The translations under genes were made by a program, and so were the position numbers. Shown here piece by piece: positions 1 through 12,079 of a stretch of DNA of 64,000 bases. Location: assembly GCF_006345805.1 (NCBI RefSeq), contig NC_042997.1:55986001-56050000 (forward strand), written 5' to 3'. The notes under the pieces were generated by a model. That model worked only from the letters and a program-made list of their open reading frames with translations, searched no databases and was not told the origin of the DNA. The stretch comes from Octopus sinensis. Its lineage: Eukaryota. The stretch's first letter is position 1. Each line of letters starts with the position of its first letter.

Positions 1-32
1 CAATGCTGTTAAAATAGACTGTGTTGATTACA

Positions 33-1212
33 GGATCCGGACAAAAGCCCTATAGTTATAGTGTGAAAGTGGACAAAAGCCCCACAGTTAGATTTTTTGG
101 TTATTTTATCATTTTTTTTACTTGTTGCAGTCATTAGACTGTGGCCATGCTGGGGCACCACCTTGAGAAATTTTTAGTCAAATGTATCGACCTAGAATTT
201 TTTTAATGATTTTCAACCAGCACATGAAGTTAAGCCGAGAAGGTCTCTCCACATGCTAGAAATAACAACCAAATCGCTTGAAAGTTTTTTTATGACCCCC
301 TCAGTTATATTTTATGGTTATTCTTCGATTTTTTTTTTTTTTTTTCTAGAAATCTTTTTACTTGTTTCAGTCATTTGACCTTGTAAAATTTTTAGTTAAA
401 TATATCGACCCTAGAATCTTTTTTAGGTGATTTTCAGCCAGCCTAGGTCTCGCCACATGCTAAAAATAACAGCCAAATCTTAAAAAAAAAATTTTTTTTA
501 ATTTCATATAAACAAAAACAGAAATTGCAGTTGCCAAAAAAAAAGCTTTTATTTTCTGAAATTCCAATTTTTAAGTAAACAAAATATATTCAATCGAAAA
601 AAATAAGTAGAATAGAATAACAGAACACAAGACTCTTTACTACTCAATGTACATATTGTCTGAATTCTAACAAAACGGAAAGCACTTACTTCAATAAATG
701 TGTAGAAACATAAAAACTATAAGTATGTTTGAATGACTAGACTTCAGTCCATAATTCTGTTAGACTTTCAACAACCGAGAAAGTTCAAAAGGTCAACTCA
801 TTCTCATTAATCTGTAAGTGCTGAGAGAAGAAAACTTTAAATTTAAATTGAAAGAAGACTTTTAATTTAAATTTTAAAACACTGATTTTCCTGCACCTAA
901 AAATTCTTCAAGTGCCCCAGTATGGCTGCAGTCATAACTGCAACAAGTAAAATTTTTTTTAAATTCTGGTATCAATACGTTCAGCTAAAAATTCTTCAAG
1001 GCAGTGCCCAGTATGGCTGCAGTCTAATAACTGCAACAAGTAAAATTTTTTTTTAATTCTGGTATCAATACGTTCAGCTAAAAATTCTTCAAGGCAGTGC
1101 CCCAGCATAGCTACAATCTAATGACTGTAACAAGTAAAAGGTGAAAAAAAAACAAAAGCAAAATATATATAACCGTGGGGCTTTTGTCCGAGGGGCTTTT
1201 GTCCTACACTCA
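33..1212. mobile_element. Putative non-autonomous Mutator-like (MULE) DNA transposon
   Basis: A 9-bp direct repeat TTGATTACA flanks the element at 24-32 and 1213-1221. GGACAAAAGCCC(C) occurs twice at the left end and its reverse complement GGGGCTTTTGTCC twice at the right end. Imperfect inverted homology runs about 110 bp inward. A 9-bp TSD is typical of Mutator elements. No transposase ORF is seen. Confidence 0.6.
895..1140 (+). repeat. Tandem triplication (period about 93 bp) of a SINE family A 3' tail
   Basis: CTAAAAATTCTTCAAG(GCA)GTGCCCCAG..ACAAGTAAAA occurs three times. TCAGCTA at 981 and 1074 gives a period of 93. Confidence 0.85.
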
Positions 1213-1264
1213 TTGATTACACAGGCAACTAGTACTATCACTGTTATTTCAATAGTTACTTTTT

Positions 1265-1615
1265 ATATTTTATTTGTTCCAGTCATTTGACTATGGCCAT
1301 GCTGAAGCACCACCTTGGAGAATTTTAGTCAAACAAATTGACCTCGGTGCTTTTTATTTTTTGTAAAGCTTGGTACTTATTCTATCAGTTCCTTTTGCTG
1401 AACTACCAAGTTAGAGGGACATAAACTCAACAGCACCAGTTGTCATACACAAAGTCGCACACACTGATATATACAATGGGCTTCTTTCAGTTTCCATCAA
1501 CCAAATCCACTCACAAGGCTTTGGTTGGCCCAAAGCTATAGAAGACATTTACCCAGTGGGACTGAATCTGGAACCATGTAGTTTGGAAGTAAACTTCTTA
1601 CCATATAGCCATACC
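1265..1615 (-). mobile_element. SINE family A (tRNA-like head, CORE-like box, ...CAGTCAAATGACTGAAACAAGTAAAA tail)
   Basis: Shares CCAAATCCACTCACAAGGCTTTGG and GTCATTTGACT..GCCATGCTG with more than 10 other copies in the window. Confidence 0.85.
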
Positions 1616-2536
1616 TACTCTTATAGTTAATTAAAAAAAGAAAAAGGTGATATCTAACAATAAAATTGCTTTCTACAGCAATATCCAAATAGTCAAATTT
1701 GTTATATATTACTCATAGACAAGGGGACAGTACCTTTGAGATCAATGTTATTGATGTTCCACTTAATTTTTTTACCAGGAAAATTAAGGGTATGGAAGGA
1801 ATTTTATAGGGTAGAATATAAGCTTTGAAAAGGAACAATTTCCCAAAAATATTTAGTAGAAGACCTAAGGGATGCGCTACAGTAGAAATGATGAGAATTG
1901 AAGAGAAAATCATTTGAGTTTGATTAGATGTCATGTACAGCTTGTTAGTTTATAGCCACACAAGTAGATGCAATTGCACCAGAAAAACAAAAATTGCATT
2001 TTATATTTTTGAGGATTTTACTTCCATTTAATCCTTTTTAATTTTTGCATGAATAATTTTATCCCCTTTTTTTGTTTAAAGTCAACCCTGCTAAATGACA
2101 TATGCAATTGTTTTTCTTTTACACCATTTTCCTTCCGCCAAACACAAAAACAACATATTGAATTCCAAATAACTTCATTTTCTAAACTCCCTTCTTTTAA
2201 CTCCACCACCATTTTCTTCCCCTTGCTTTCTCTTCTTTTTCCTCCTTTCAGTTTTGTCATACTTGTCTCTCTATCTCTCTCACTTAATCTATAATTCTCA
2301 CTCTTGTTCTACAGTACCTATCTCTATCTCATACTCTCCCCATCCCTCTCCATATATCACACTCTCTTTGCTCCATTTCTTATTCCTTTTATACTTTGTC
2401 TCTCTGTTACAACCATTCTCTCTTTTCTGACATTCTTTTTCATTAAAGTGGTATCCATAATTATGAGTTTAATTCACACACAGGCTGATGTTTCTTTCCA
2501 ATACTTTGGTCTAGTTTTTTTTTATATGTTCTACAG

Positions 2537-2605
2537 GAGGAAGAGCAATATTCATGGCCCTTTTCAGGATATCTGTGACTAGTGTGAGGAAATTACTAAA
2601 TGCTT
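2537..2605 (+). CDS. Candidate internal exon (phase 1/1, 69 bp): xGRAIFMALFRISVTSVRKLLNA
   Basis: Acceptor TTTTTTTTATATGTTCTACAG, donor GTAAGA. One frame is open and the length is a multiple of 3. No homology recognised. Confidence 0.4.
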
Positions 2606-2698
2606 GTAAGATTGGCCTCCGCTGAAGGTTGAGTGATGATGTTAAACCAGACAACAGGTCAAGCCTACTACCCCTAAACACAGTGTTTGTCTGTCAGT

Positions 2699-2830
<132 letters not shown>

Positions 2831-3081
2831 TTAATCACAGTTTCCTCAGTTTCTGTATACTAAATTTTATTCAAATTGCTTTAGTTGGCCTGAAGTTATG
2901 GTAGCAGACACTTGTCCAAAGTACTGCACTGAGGGAATATACCCAAGACCATTCCAAAGTAAACATCTTAGCCGCATTGTTGCTATTGTTGTTATATATA
3001 CTGACATTATACTGACGTTGATTCACATATAAGAACCTTCAATAAAAGATGGCCTTTACTGTAGAGGAGCTGGAGGATATC

Positions 3082-3480
3082 AATCATCATCATCATTATC
3101 GTTTAACGTCTGTTTTCCATGCTAGCAGGAGTTGGACAGTTCGACCGGGGTTTGGGAAGCCAGGAGGCTGCACCAGGCTCTTGTCTGATCTGGCAGTGTT
3201 TCTACAGCTGGATGCCCTTCCTAATGCCAACCACTCCGTGAGTGTAGTGGGTGCTTTTTATGTGCCACCGGCACAGAAGCCAGAGAAGGCTGGCAAACAG
3301 CCACGATCGGTTGGTGCTTTTTACGTGTCACCAACACGGATGCCAGTCAGACGGCACTGGCGTCGGCCACGTTCGGATGGTGCTTTTTTACAAACGGCCA
3401 CTTTCGGATGGTGCTTTTTTACAAACGGCCACTTTCGGATGGTGCTTTTTACAAACGGCCACAATCGGTTGGTGCTTTTT
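3082..3480 (-). mobile_element. Family C repeat ((GAT)n-tailed, GGAAGGGCATCC motif) with an internal 30-31 bp minisatellite
   Basis: CATCATCAT..CGTTTAACGTC..GGATGCCCTTCCTAATGCCAACC is shared with 9225, 34780, 43243 and 50832. The unit CGGCCACTTTCGGATGGTGCTTTTT(T)ACAAA occurs about 3.8 times at 3364-3480. Confidence 0.85.
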
Positions 3481-3874
3481 AGAGACGGGGGAGAGAGAGA
3501 GAGAGAAAGTGATGGATAACAATAAAGTTGGGTAATTATAAAAGAGATGTGGCTGTAAATAAAGAGTGGCATGTGGTAGGGAAGATGGCTGTTTTAAGTA
3601 AAGAAGCCTGGCAGTAGGGGGTTATTGGATATGGACAGGTCCTTTATGATGTTACAAAAGAAGTAGATTCAAAACGGTTGATGGTAGAGGGAACTGAACT
3701 TAGGTATGGCATTTTTCATTACACTGATGTTGTATAGCAATAAATAGGGGAGAGTGTGAGTAATAGATGAGAGAGTAATAAGGATAGGAGAGCACTGGAC
3801 AGAGACTCCACAGGAACATAACAGGCAACAAAGACCCAAATGAAGGTATGTTATCCATCAAAACCTCCACCACA

Positions 3875-4815
3875 ATCATCATCATTGTTTAACATCTGTT
3901 TTCCATGCTTTCATGAGTTGGCCAGTTTGATAGGAGCTGGCAAGCCAGAGAGCTGCATTAGACTCCTTTTGTCTGATTTGGCATGGTTTCTATGGTTGGA
4001 TGCTCTTCCTAATGCCAACCACTTTACTGAATTACTTTCCTTCATTTTTAATATCTATTTTCCTATGCTAACCCTGCACTCATCATAGTTCTTTGTCATT
4101 TTCTTCATGGAGTTAAGTTTCTTAACAGTCCTCACCACTTGGTTCAATGTCTTCCTCTGTCTCCCTCTTCCACATGCTACATCGGGTTCCTCCTATATCC
4201 AGTGTTTTTTTTTTTATATATTTCTTACTTCATTTCTGCTCCATCATTAATGCATTACACATCCAGAACAAAATGCTCACCGCTTTTCTTTTTGTAGTCT
4301 GTGTAAATTCTCTATATTCAAGGCCCACATCTCATTACCATGCACCATCACACTTTGTACACAAGCATCATACAAGCTACCCTTTACTCTGGGCAAGAAA
4401 CACCTTGTTACCAACAGGTGTAGTTCCATGAACTTTTCCACCCAGTTCTTACTCTAGCAACTATGTTTTCAGAACATCCACTCCCACAGCTAATTAGGTT
4501 ACCTGGGTAACAACAGCTATCAACTACTTCTAAACACCCGGTGCATCTGCCACATACAATGTCTATTTTCTTTGTCAGCCTACTTGTGAGTCCTCTACCC
4601 TTGTGCATTCATAGTTTTCACTAGATACACCATATGGAATTCTATCGACTTTTTTATATATTCCAAACATGACCATTTCTCTGATAAAAGCAGGGTCCTA
4701 TCTTATTTACTACTTAATAATACTTCTTTGCTAAGTTTACTTTGAGGACTCTAAATTTTAGGTTTTGTTTTCATATCTGGAATTTCTTCTTGAAATCTTC
4801 CACAGACATAACTAT
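3875..4815 (-). mobile_element. 5'-truncated, decayed RTE/RTE-X-like LINE (C-terminal RT region plus 3' tail)
   Basis: The minus strand reads, with stops and frameshifts: SVEDFKKKFQI*KQNL..LKVNLAK, NSIWC..MHKG..RL..VCGRC, LEVVDSCCYPGNLISCGSGCSENIVARVRTGWK, RVKGSLYDACV..VHGNEMWAL. It runs into a family C-type (GAT)n tail at 3875-4030. Confidence 0.8.
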
Positions 4816-4850
4816 TTATTATCTAAAGTGAAGCCTGTCTAATCTCACTC

Positions 4851-5140
4851 TTTTACTCTTTTACTTGTTTCAGTCATTTGACTGTGGCCATGCTGGAGCA
4901 CCACCTTTAGTCGAGCAAATTAACCCTGGGACTTATTCTTTTGTAAGCCCAGTACTTATTCTATCGGTCTCTTTTGCCAAACCGCTAAGTAACGGGGACA
5001 TAAACACACCAGCATCGGTTGTCAAGCAATGCTAGGGGGACAAACACAGACACACAAACATACACACATACACACACATATATATATATATACATATATA
5101 CGACAGGCTTCTTTCAGTTTCCGTCTACCAAATCCACTCG
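4851..5140 (-). mobile_element. SINE family A, 5'-truncated
   Basis: Nearly identical to the well-preserved copy at 54815-55212. Confidence 0.9.
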
Positions 5141-8100
5141 CATTGTAATTGACTGTTGTTTGATATGTAGACTGTTCATAGTCTACATATCATAAGTAGT
5201 AATAGACTACTTATGCTACTCTACTGCAACCTGAAATATAAATTTAACAAAATGATGGTTTACGTATCTATTGTCTTATTTTAAAACAGTTATATTTTAT
5301 ATTTTAAATAACCAATACTCATTAGGTTATTGCAATTAAAATAAGCTTGGAGATAAAAGTTAGTTTTAAGTCAGGTCAGGTAGTACAGGAGTCAATTTGT
5401 TTTCTGCTCAATTTCTGAAGTAATCTTCTATCAGGTGGTGTTGTAATATCAGTTACTTTCAGAACTCCCAGATCTATACAACAGAATATCTAGATTTAGG
5501 CAGTCAAAGAGTATGTATACTAAGCCCACACATAATCAGAATTGGGTATTAGCATAACAAATACACTAGTTTTATGATAGTGTAGCACTGATAACAACAC
5601 TATGTAGTGATATTGGTGATGTTAGGAGGTGGTGAGGATGATGTGATGCATAATTGAAATATAGTGCATATATGTATTCTCAGTAGAATTCAACCAAGAG
5701 CAGATTAAAATAGAAGTCATTAGGCTAGATATCTCTTACATTTCTTTTCCCCTGCGGTAAAACACCTTTGGGTGATATGGAAAGCAAAAACAAAAAGAAA
5801 GAAAGAAAAGCTTAATATATGTAATTACTATTTTGGAATTGTATTTTGTTGTTAGTTTGAAAATAAAAGATTACTTTGTCTCTAAAACAGTCAATTTATG
5901 TTTCTTTTTCTCCTTACAATTGAAAGTTATATGTGTAACGGGTGGAGTGGTAGTATATGACATTGAAGTGGATTGCTTACTGTCCATTTATATAGTCATG
6001 AATAAAACAATACAGAATTGATTAGCTAAATAAAAATGCTAACATAGATGCAAAGGCAGAAATTTGGTGCTTGAATGTAGTCAACAGTTACAATAACCTA
6101 TTACTTAACTGGTATTTATCCAATTTCTCCCACCAGGAAAATTGATCTTGGTAGAATCTGAACTTACTCAAAAATGACAGCAAAACAACTGCTCTTGTGA
6201 TTCAATATTTCCCAAATTTGAGTTTTAGAAATTTTTGTCCAAAATTCATTCTATTGAAAATTAAACTCATTTTGCCATAATGGTTATAGAATTCTCTCAG
6301 GTCCATTGAAGGACTTCAACTCAACACTGCTAAGGAAAATGCTCATTAATTGTTCAATGCACCTGATGTTCACAGCAGTGCACTGAACTTGTGCATGGTA
6401 CATATTATTTATAGCTTTGTGGATTAGTTCAAGGAGAATTAAACATGATGGTGAAATATGCAACCCAGTGTTAGTTGGTGATAAGGATTCGATACATTGT
6501 CCTTAGGATAGTGATCTTTTAATCTTTCATGTTACCAATTTGCACTGATATACAAGTTCCAGTTTGAAATTAAAAATATCATATTAAAGGCTAACAATCT
6601 GAAAATAACATGATATAGTTTGATTACATTTAATATCATACCTCTTCACTTTTCCATTCCATAATTAAGAATGACAACAAAAGGGAATTTTTCCTTCCAT
6701 TCTTGTTGAATGCTGGAATGACTATGTTTTAGAAGTTTATTTTCCAACTATGGTTGATATCTTCTACTGTAGCTTTAGGTTAACCAATACCTTAAAGTGG
6801 TATTTGGTAAAAAGAGACTGGGATAAAGCCCCTTATATTATCTATGCTTGTGTGTGTGTTTATGTTTATCAATGAGTGTCAAGAAGGCAACTTGACCATA
6901 TTATATATACAGAGAGAGAGACTGATAAAATAAATACCAGACTAAAAATAAACACTGAGGTTGATATGATTAACTACTGCCTTTGAATGTGGTGCCCCAG
7001 CATGGTCTTACCCCACTGACTGAAATCAGTAATAGAATGAAATGTAAGGGCAGTTTTTGAATCTATATTGTACTGCTATTATAGCTCAAGTCTTTTCTAT
7101 GTATCTGTTGGAGAAAATGCTTCTATTTCATGGTGTTTTTCATTTTTTTTATCTAAGTTATTGCTCACCCAACATATGTTCATATAGCCTAATAACAAAG
7201 TAGAACTTCCTAATTCCAATATTCACCAGAATGGGCAATGAAGTTGTCTTTGAAGTAAGCAAACTAGATAAAACTAGAGGCACTAAATTTGGTTTCTCGT
7301 TGGATACATTTGAATAATATAGACTTTCATATTATATTGTAAAGAAAAATAACTTTTCAAAATTGTATTAATGAAACTATACCAATTAGGAAAATTTTAT
7401 TATAACAAGCTGCTTAACTTTTATCAAAGCTTTATTACTTACCAGTGATGTATTTTCAATTTTTGTGGTTTTTTTCCTTTTTTCCCCAAAAGAAGAATAT
7501 TTATATAAGGATTTCAGCCCCCATAATACTTTGAGTTCAATGCTCAGTTTCTACTGATTTTCTAAGTGCAGGTGTGTGAAGGTGTTTTGTTTATTCAGTA
7601 TTTGCTGCTAATAGCAAGATGGAAACCATGGTTATTACATTATTAAAATATAAATCTTTTAGCTATTTAAACTAGTACAGATATAGAAGTAATATTTTAA
7701 ATATCATATTAATTTACTTTGTGTAGGCTCTGAGACTTCACTTATAAAATACTATCTATTTGGGGAAAGAAAACTAATCAAGTAGATAATATACATTTCA
7801 GCCCAATATTGCAAACTGCTTTCTCATCCTCATGAAGAAAGATTGTGAAATCTGAGTGATGTACAAGATTCTGTAGAGTGGAAAATCCGACTCTGTTTTT
7901 ATTTGTACCCATGAATTTAGGATATTAATTCTGTGATAAGAGAAGATTTAATTAACCAACAGAAGGATAATATTTTGAACATATGTAGTTTAAAGTTGTC
8001 AAATGATTTATGTTACAAATAAATATACTTTATCTGTTTTATCTTTATGAATTAGTTTATTTGTGTGTGGTAAGGGTTGGGTGGGTGCTAAATGCAAATA

Positions 8101-9070
8101 TAGAACTTTAAAAAGTTTTTACTGGTTTCACATTGGTTGTTCAGACTTTCTAGGCAGTCATTGGATTAGTGGAAAACAAGATTATACCAAATATGTTATT
8201 TAATCCCAGACTAGCTCTAATCAGGTGGACTTATTTATGATCATCGACATTCTAGATGTGACCAACTTGTCTTTTTTTATATTTTAAGCACAGTTTAATT
8301 AAGATTACATCATTCAGTGAGATAATAGAGTGCAGTCTGAGGGAGATGTCACTATTATTTTTAGCATAGAGTTTCCTTCACTGTTCAATTTATTATTGTT
8401 GCTATAAGAAATGGTTCAAGAGAAATGGACTAAATTTTCATTATCATCAACAAAATGTATCATCAGATAGTGAGTTGTTAATTGTGTTAGAATACTACTT
8501 ATGAGTAAACCAACATTGAAGGAAGGAAAGTATTCACTTTTCAGTTGTAATACAGTTGTCAATGTGTTGAAATATCATTTTAGAGGAAACTTAAGAAGTG
8601 AAGACAAGGTTCCTTCATGTGTTTCTTGACGTGATGGTATAAGTGTAAAATGATTTCACTGAATATTGAAGTGATAGCAATGAAAGTCATTGATATGGGC
8701 ATGTGAGTATAACATAGATTGAGAGAATTTGTGTTGTCTTGGAAGAATCGTTAAAATGTGAGAAACAATGCCTTGGGGTATTTTTTCTGGATCTCTGTGT
8801 ATTGTGAAATCCCAATAGGGATCAGCATTGCCTGTTGTTCTTTCAGAGTCAATAAAATAAAGAATCAGTCCAGGACAGTGTACTGGTGGAAATAGTTAGA
8901 GCCTTCTATGGCTGTTCTCGTTGTTAATGTTTTGAGTTCTTGGGTGCAGATTTAAACCATTGCTCAGCTTAACACCACTACCTGGTCCCATGAGTGCATA
9001 TAGCATAGTTCTATGCTAGACATATTCAGGCAAGCTCTCTTGTTTGAGGATAATTTCCTTGCTTTCTGCC

Positions 9071-9073
<3 letters not shown>

Positions 9074-9130
<57 letters not shown>
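9074..9130. repeat. (TA)n microsatellite
   Basis: Directly visible. Confidence 0.95.
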
Positions 9131-9133
<3 letters not shown>

Positions 9134-9224
9134 CCCCTGAATTAATGGTATATGCATATATGAACCCTGAGTTCATAATGTATACATATATGATGTGTTT
9201 TATCAATATTATTGCTGGAGAATT

Positions 9225-9415
9225 CATCACCATTTAATGTCTGTTGTCCATGCTGGTATGGTTTGGACGGTTTGACTGGGCTGGCAAGCTGGAAGGCTGC
9301 ACCAGACTCCAGTCTGATTTGGTTTTCTATGGCTAGATGCCCTTCCTAATGCCAACCACTCCGAGATTGAGGTGTTTTTATGTCACCGGCACGGGTGCCA
9401 TTTGCATGACACTGG
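9225..9415 (-). mobile_element. Family C repeat
   Basis: TTTAATGTCTGTTGTCCATGC..GATGCCCTTCCTAATGCCAACCACTCC. Confidence 0.85.
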
Positions 9416-9487
9416 GGTGCGTTTACAAAATAATTTTGCTACCAATAACATTAGCAATTAAGATTAAAAATAATTATTTGCATTTAG

Positions 9488-9506
9488 ATTGAGGTGGTTT
9501 TAGCAG
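9488..9506 (+). CDS. Candidate 19-nt microexon (IEVVLA, phase 0/1)
   Basis: Acceptor ATTATTTGCATTTAG, strong donor CAG|GTAAGG. Only one frame is open. Confidence 0.3.
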
Positions 9507-10877
9507 GTAAGGATACTGTAAAGATTCTGTGTCACCAATATAATTCTATTTTACACTAAATTACAAATTTACTTAAAATGTTTTCTGGTTACTACAGATA
9601 ACTGTTTTGAAAAATAACATTCTATTTACTTTTTAATTCACTCACTACACCTTGTTGGTAAAGTTCCACATCGTTTCAGACATTTCAGAATTTTTATAAT
9701 TAAATTACACTTTTTTTAAAAATATGCTTTTGATCACATATTTGCACATGTTAGAGGAATTTTTCATTCCCTTTTCTTTTAAGAAGCAGCTATGTTAATA
9801 AAGCAAACAAAAAAAAAAACAGTAAAAATGATTAAAAAAACTCAGTCATACATAAATTCAAATGAAAAATGAATAAATGAAAAAAATCATGTATGGTTTG
9901 GCAATATTGACAAGTTAAACATAATATTGTACAATGTAGCTAGACAATATCAATAGTTGCACTCAGATGAATTGATTGATACCAATTGAACATGAATTTA
10001 TATTGAGTGCCTTGATTTCAGCAATTAGTGTTTAATCCATTTTCAGAGTGAACAATTTACCAGCAAATCAAAGCTAATTAATAGCAAAGGTTAAATGTAT
10101 TCATATAAAACACTGAACTGTGTGAAGCATTCAAGGAAAAAATTGAATTTAGGTTCAGAAATTTCAAACAACTTTGAAATTATTATGTTCAAATACTTGT
10201 TGAGTTGGCAAATATCTACAAAATCCATTATATTTAATTAGATAATTGCGATAATTTATATTAGTGAAATGCATTCATGTTTACATACGCACATACAACT
10301 TAACACACATGTACTCACACACTTGAGCATATTAAAGGTTCGCTAAACACACTTCAAATTTTATTATTTGCTATTACTGTGTAATGAAATCATATTTTTA
10401 AAATATATTTTTTCAATCCTTAATTTAATTTTTTCATGTATTTTAAATGTGAAAACCTCATATATTGAGTCCATTAAAGGCTTGTGGGTGAAATTTTTGG
10501 TGACAGGAACTGCATCTGCCATTGGAGAGACCAAGGTACCCAGTTTAACACTACCACCTGTACCTTGGTTGTCTTTAGCATTTTGATGAATCAGGTCTTC
10601 AATGACAGAATAACTTCCTCCACTGAATCTGAAGGGCCCTGTAAAAGGTTTTGGCAACTGTCCATCATACTCTCACAAAATCATAATATAAATTTAAAAA
10701 CTTTATCCATTGAAACTTAACTTCAGTTTAGAAGCCAAAGAAGTCAATATTCTGAATTGGTAAAAATCATTTATAAAAAAATAAAAGAATGCAGTATGAT
10801 TAACTAATTTCAGCCTGCAATTTGCAATGATCTAAAGAGAGATTCATTATTGTCGAAACTCTTGAACATCATAATTA

Positions 10878-11085
10878 CCATCATCATCATCACTTAACAC
10901 CATTCTTCCATTGCTGTCAAGGGTTAAATGGTTTGATAGGATCCGAGAGGCTCAAGGACTGCATCATGCTCCACTGCTTATTTTGGCATGGTTCCTTTTG
11001 GCATGGATGACGTTCCTAAAGCCAACCATTTTACAGTGTACACTAGGTGCATTTTTTCATGCCACCAACACTAGTGAGGTTATCA
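10878..11085 (-). mobile_element. Diverged family C repeat
   Basis: CATCATCATCATCACTTAAC..GGATGACGTTCCTAAAGCCAACCA. Confidence 0.7.
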
Positions 11086-12079
11086 TGAGATTGATTGGAA
11101 TGGAGCAAGAAAAGATAAAAACAGCAGTGATGAAGTAACTATGAGGCCCTCGAGGCTGAGTAATGGGGCAGAAAAACCAGGAGTGAAAATGTATAAAGTT
11201 GCAAGACTGTGGGGAAGAATGGACGATGGAGTGGGCAGTGAATATAATAGATGAAAAACAAGTGTTGAGTGGATAATAAGTAGGGGAGGTAGGGAAGAGT
11301 AGTTGAGATTGAGTAAGGTTGGGGGTTTTAATGTAGTGAATGATGGAGAAGGGGTATATCTATTTAGTTTAAATTTTTGTGGTGTTTCTATTCAGCTATT
11401 AGCATCACTTTTTGTGTTATTAATTACATTGTGTAATTGTTTTAATTGATTCTACAAATATTTTCAGTTACAGTATTTCTACATATTGAATTAGGATTGA
11501 ATGAAAGAGATGTTATGAGAAGGTGATTGTAAAATATATCCATCAAAGTACAGTGCAGTAAAATACACAAAAGATGAAATTAATTAATAATCTAATGAAT
11601 TTTTGTGATTATATTATAAAATAATCTAAGAATCTCTTTTCATTAACACCCTGCGTGTATGTATCTGTAAACATATTTACGTGGACTAATTTAATATTAA
11701 GAAAGGATATAAAATACATGTCATTCTAAGTGGACCATCTGCCGTAATGCTATATAGTTCTAAAGTTATAATCCACATCCTGTAAAATATCACAACAAAT
11801 CAGTCCTACTTAAAACATTTAAATATCACCATGTGTCCAGAGGACTGGTGTGCTTTTACGGTAATGCTACATATGCCTCATATACAACTAGAATTGCTAA
11901 GTAGAAGTTAAAATGTCAGTTGTTTAGAAGAAACAGATTCTTGAACCGGTAATAATGCTGAATTAAGGTAAATTTTAAAATATATTTCAGTTACTCAGAT
12001 AATCTCTGAAGACTTTTCATTTAAGTTACTATTCCAGTTATAATAAAACTATGGCTTCAAGCTCTTCAATCCATCATTA

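Noticed and set aside
1713-1934. RQGDS-containing plus-strand frame and the 73-aa minus ORF
   Set aside because: Only a short RT-like word matches, with no supporting motifs in register.
3049-3519. 156-aa ORF
   Set aside because: It lies entirely in a family C repeat and its minisatellite.
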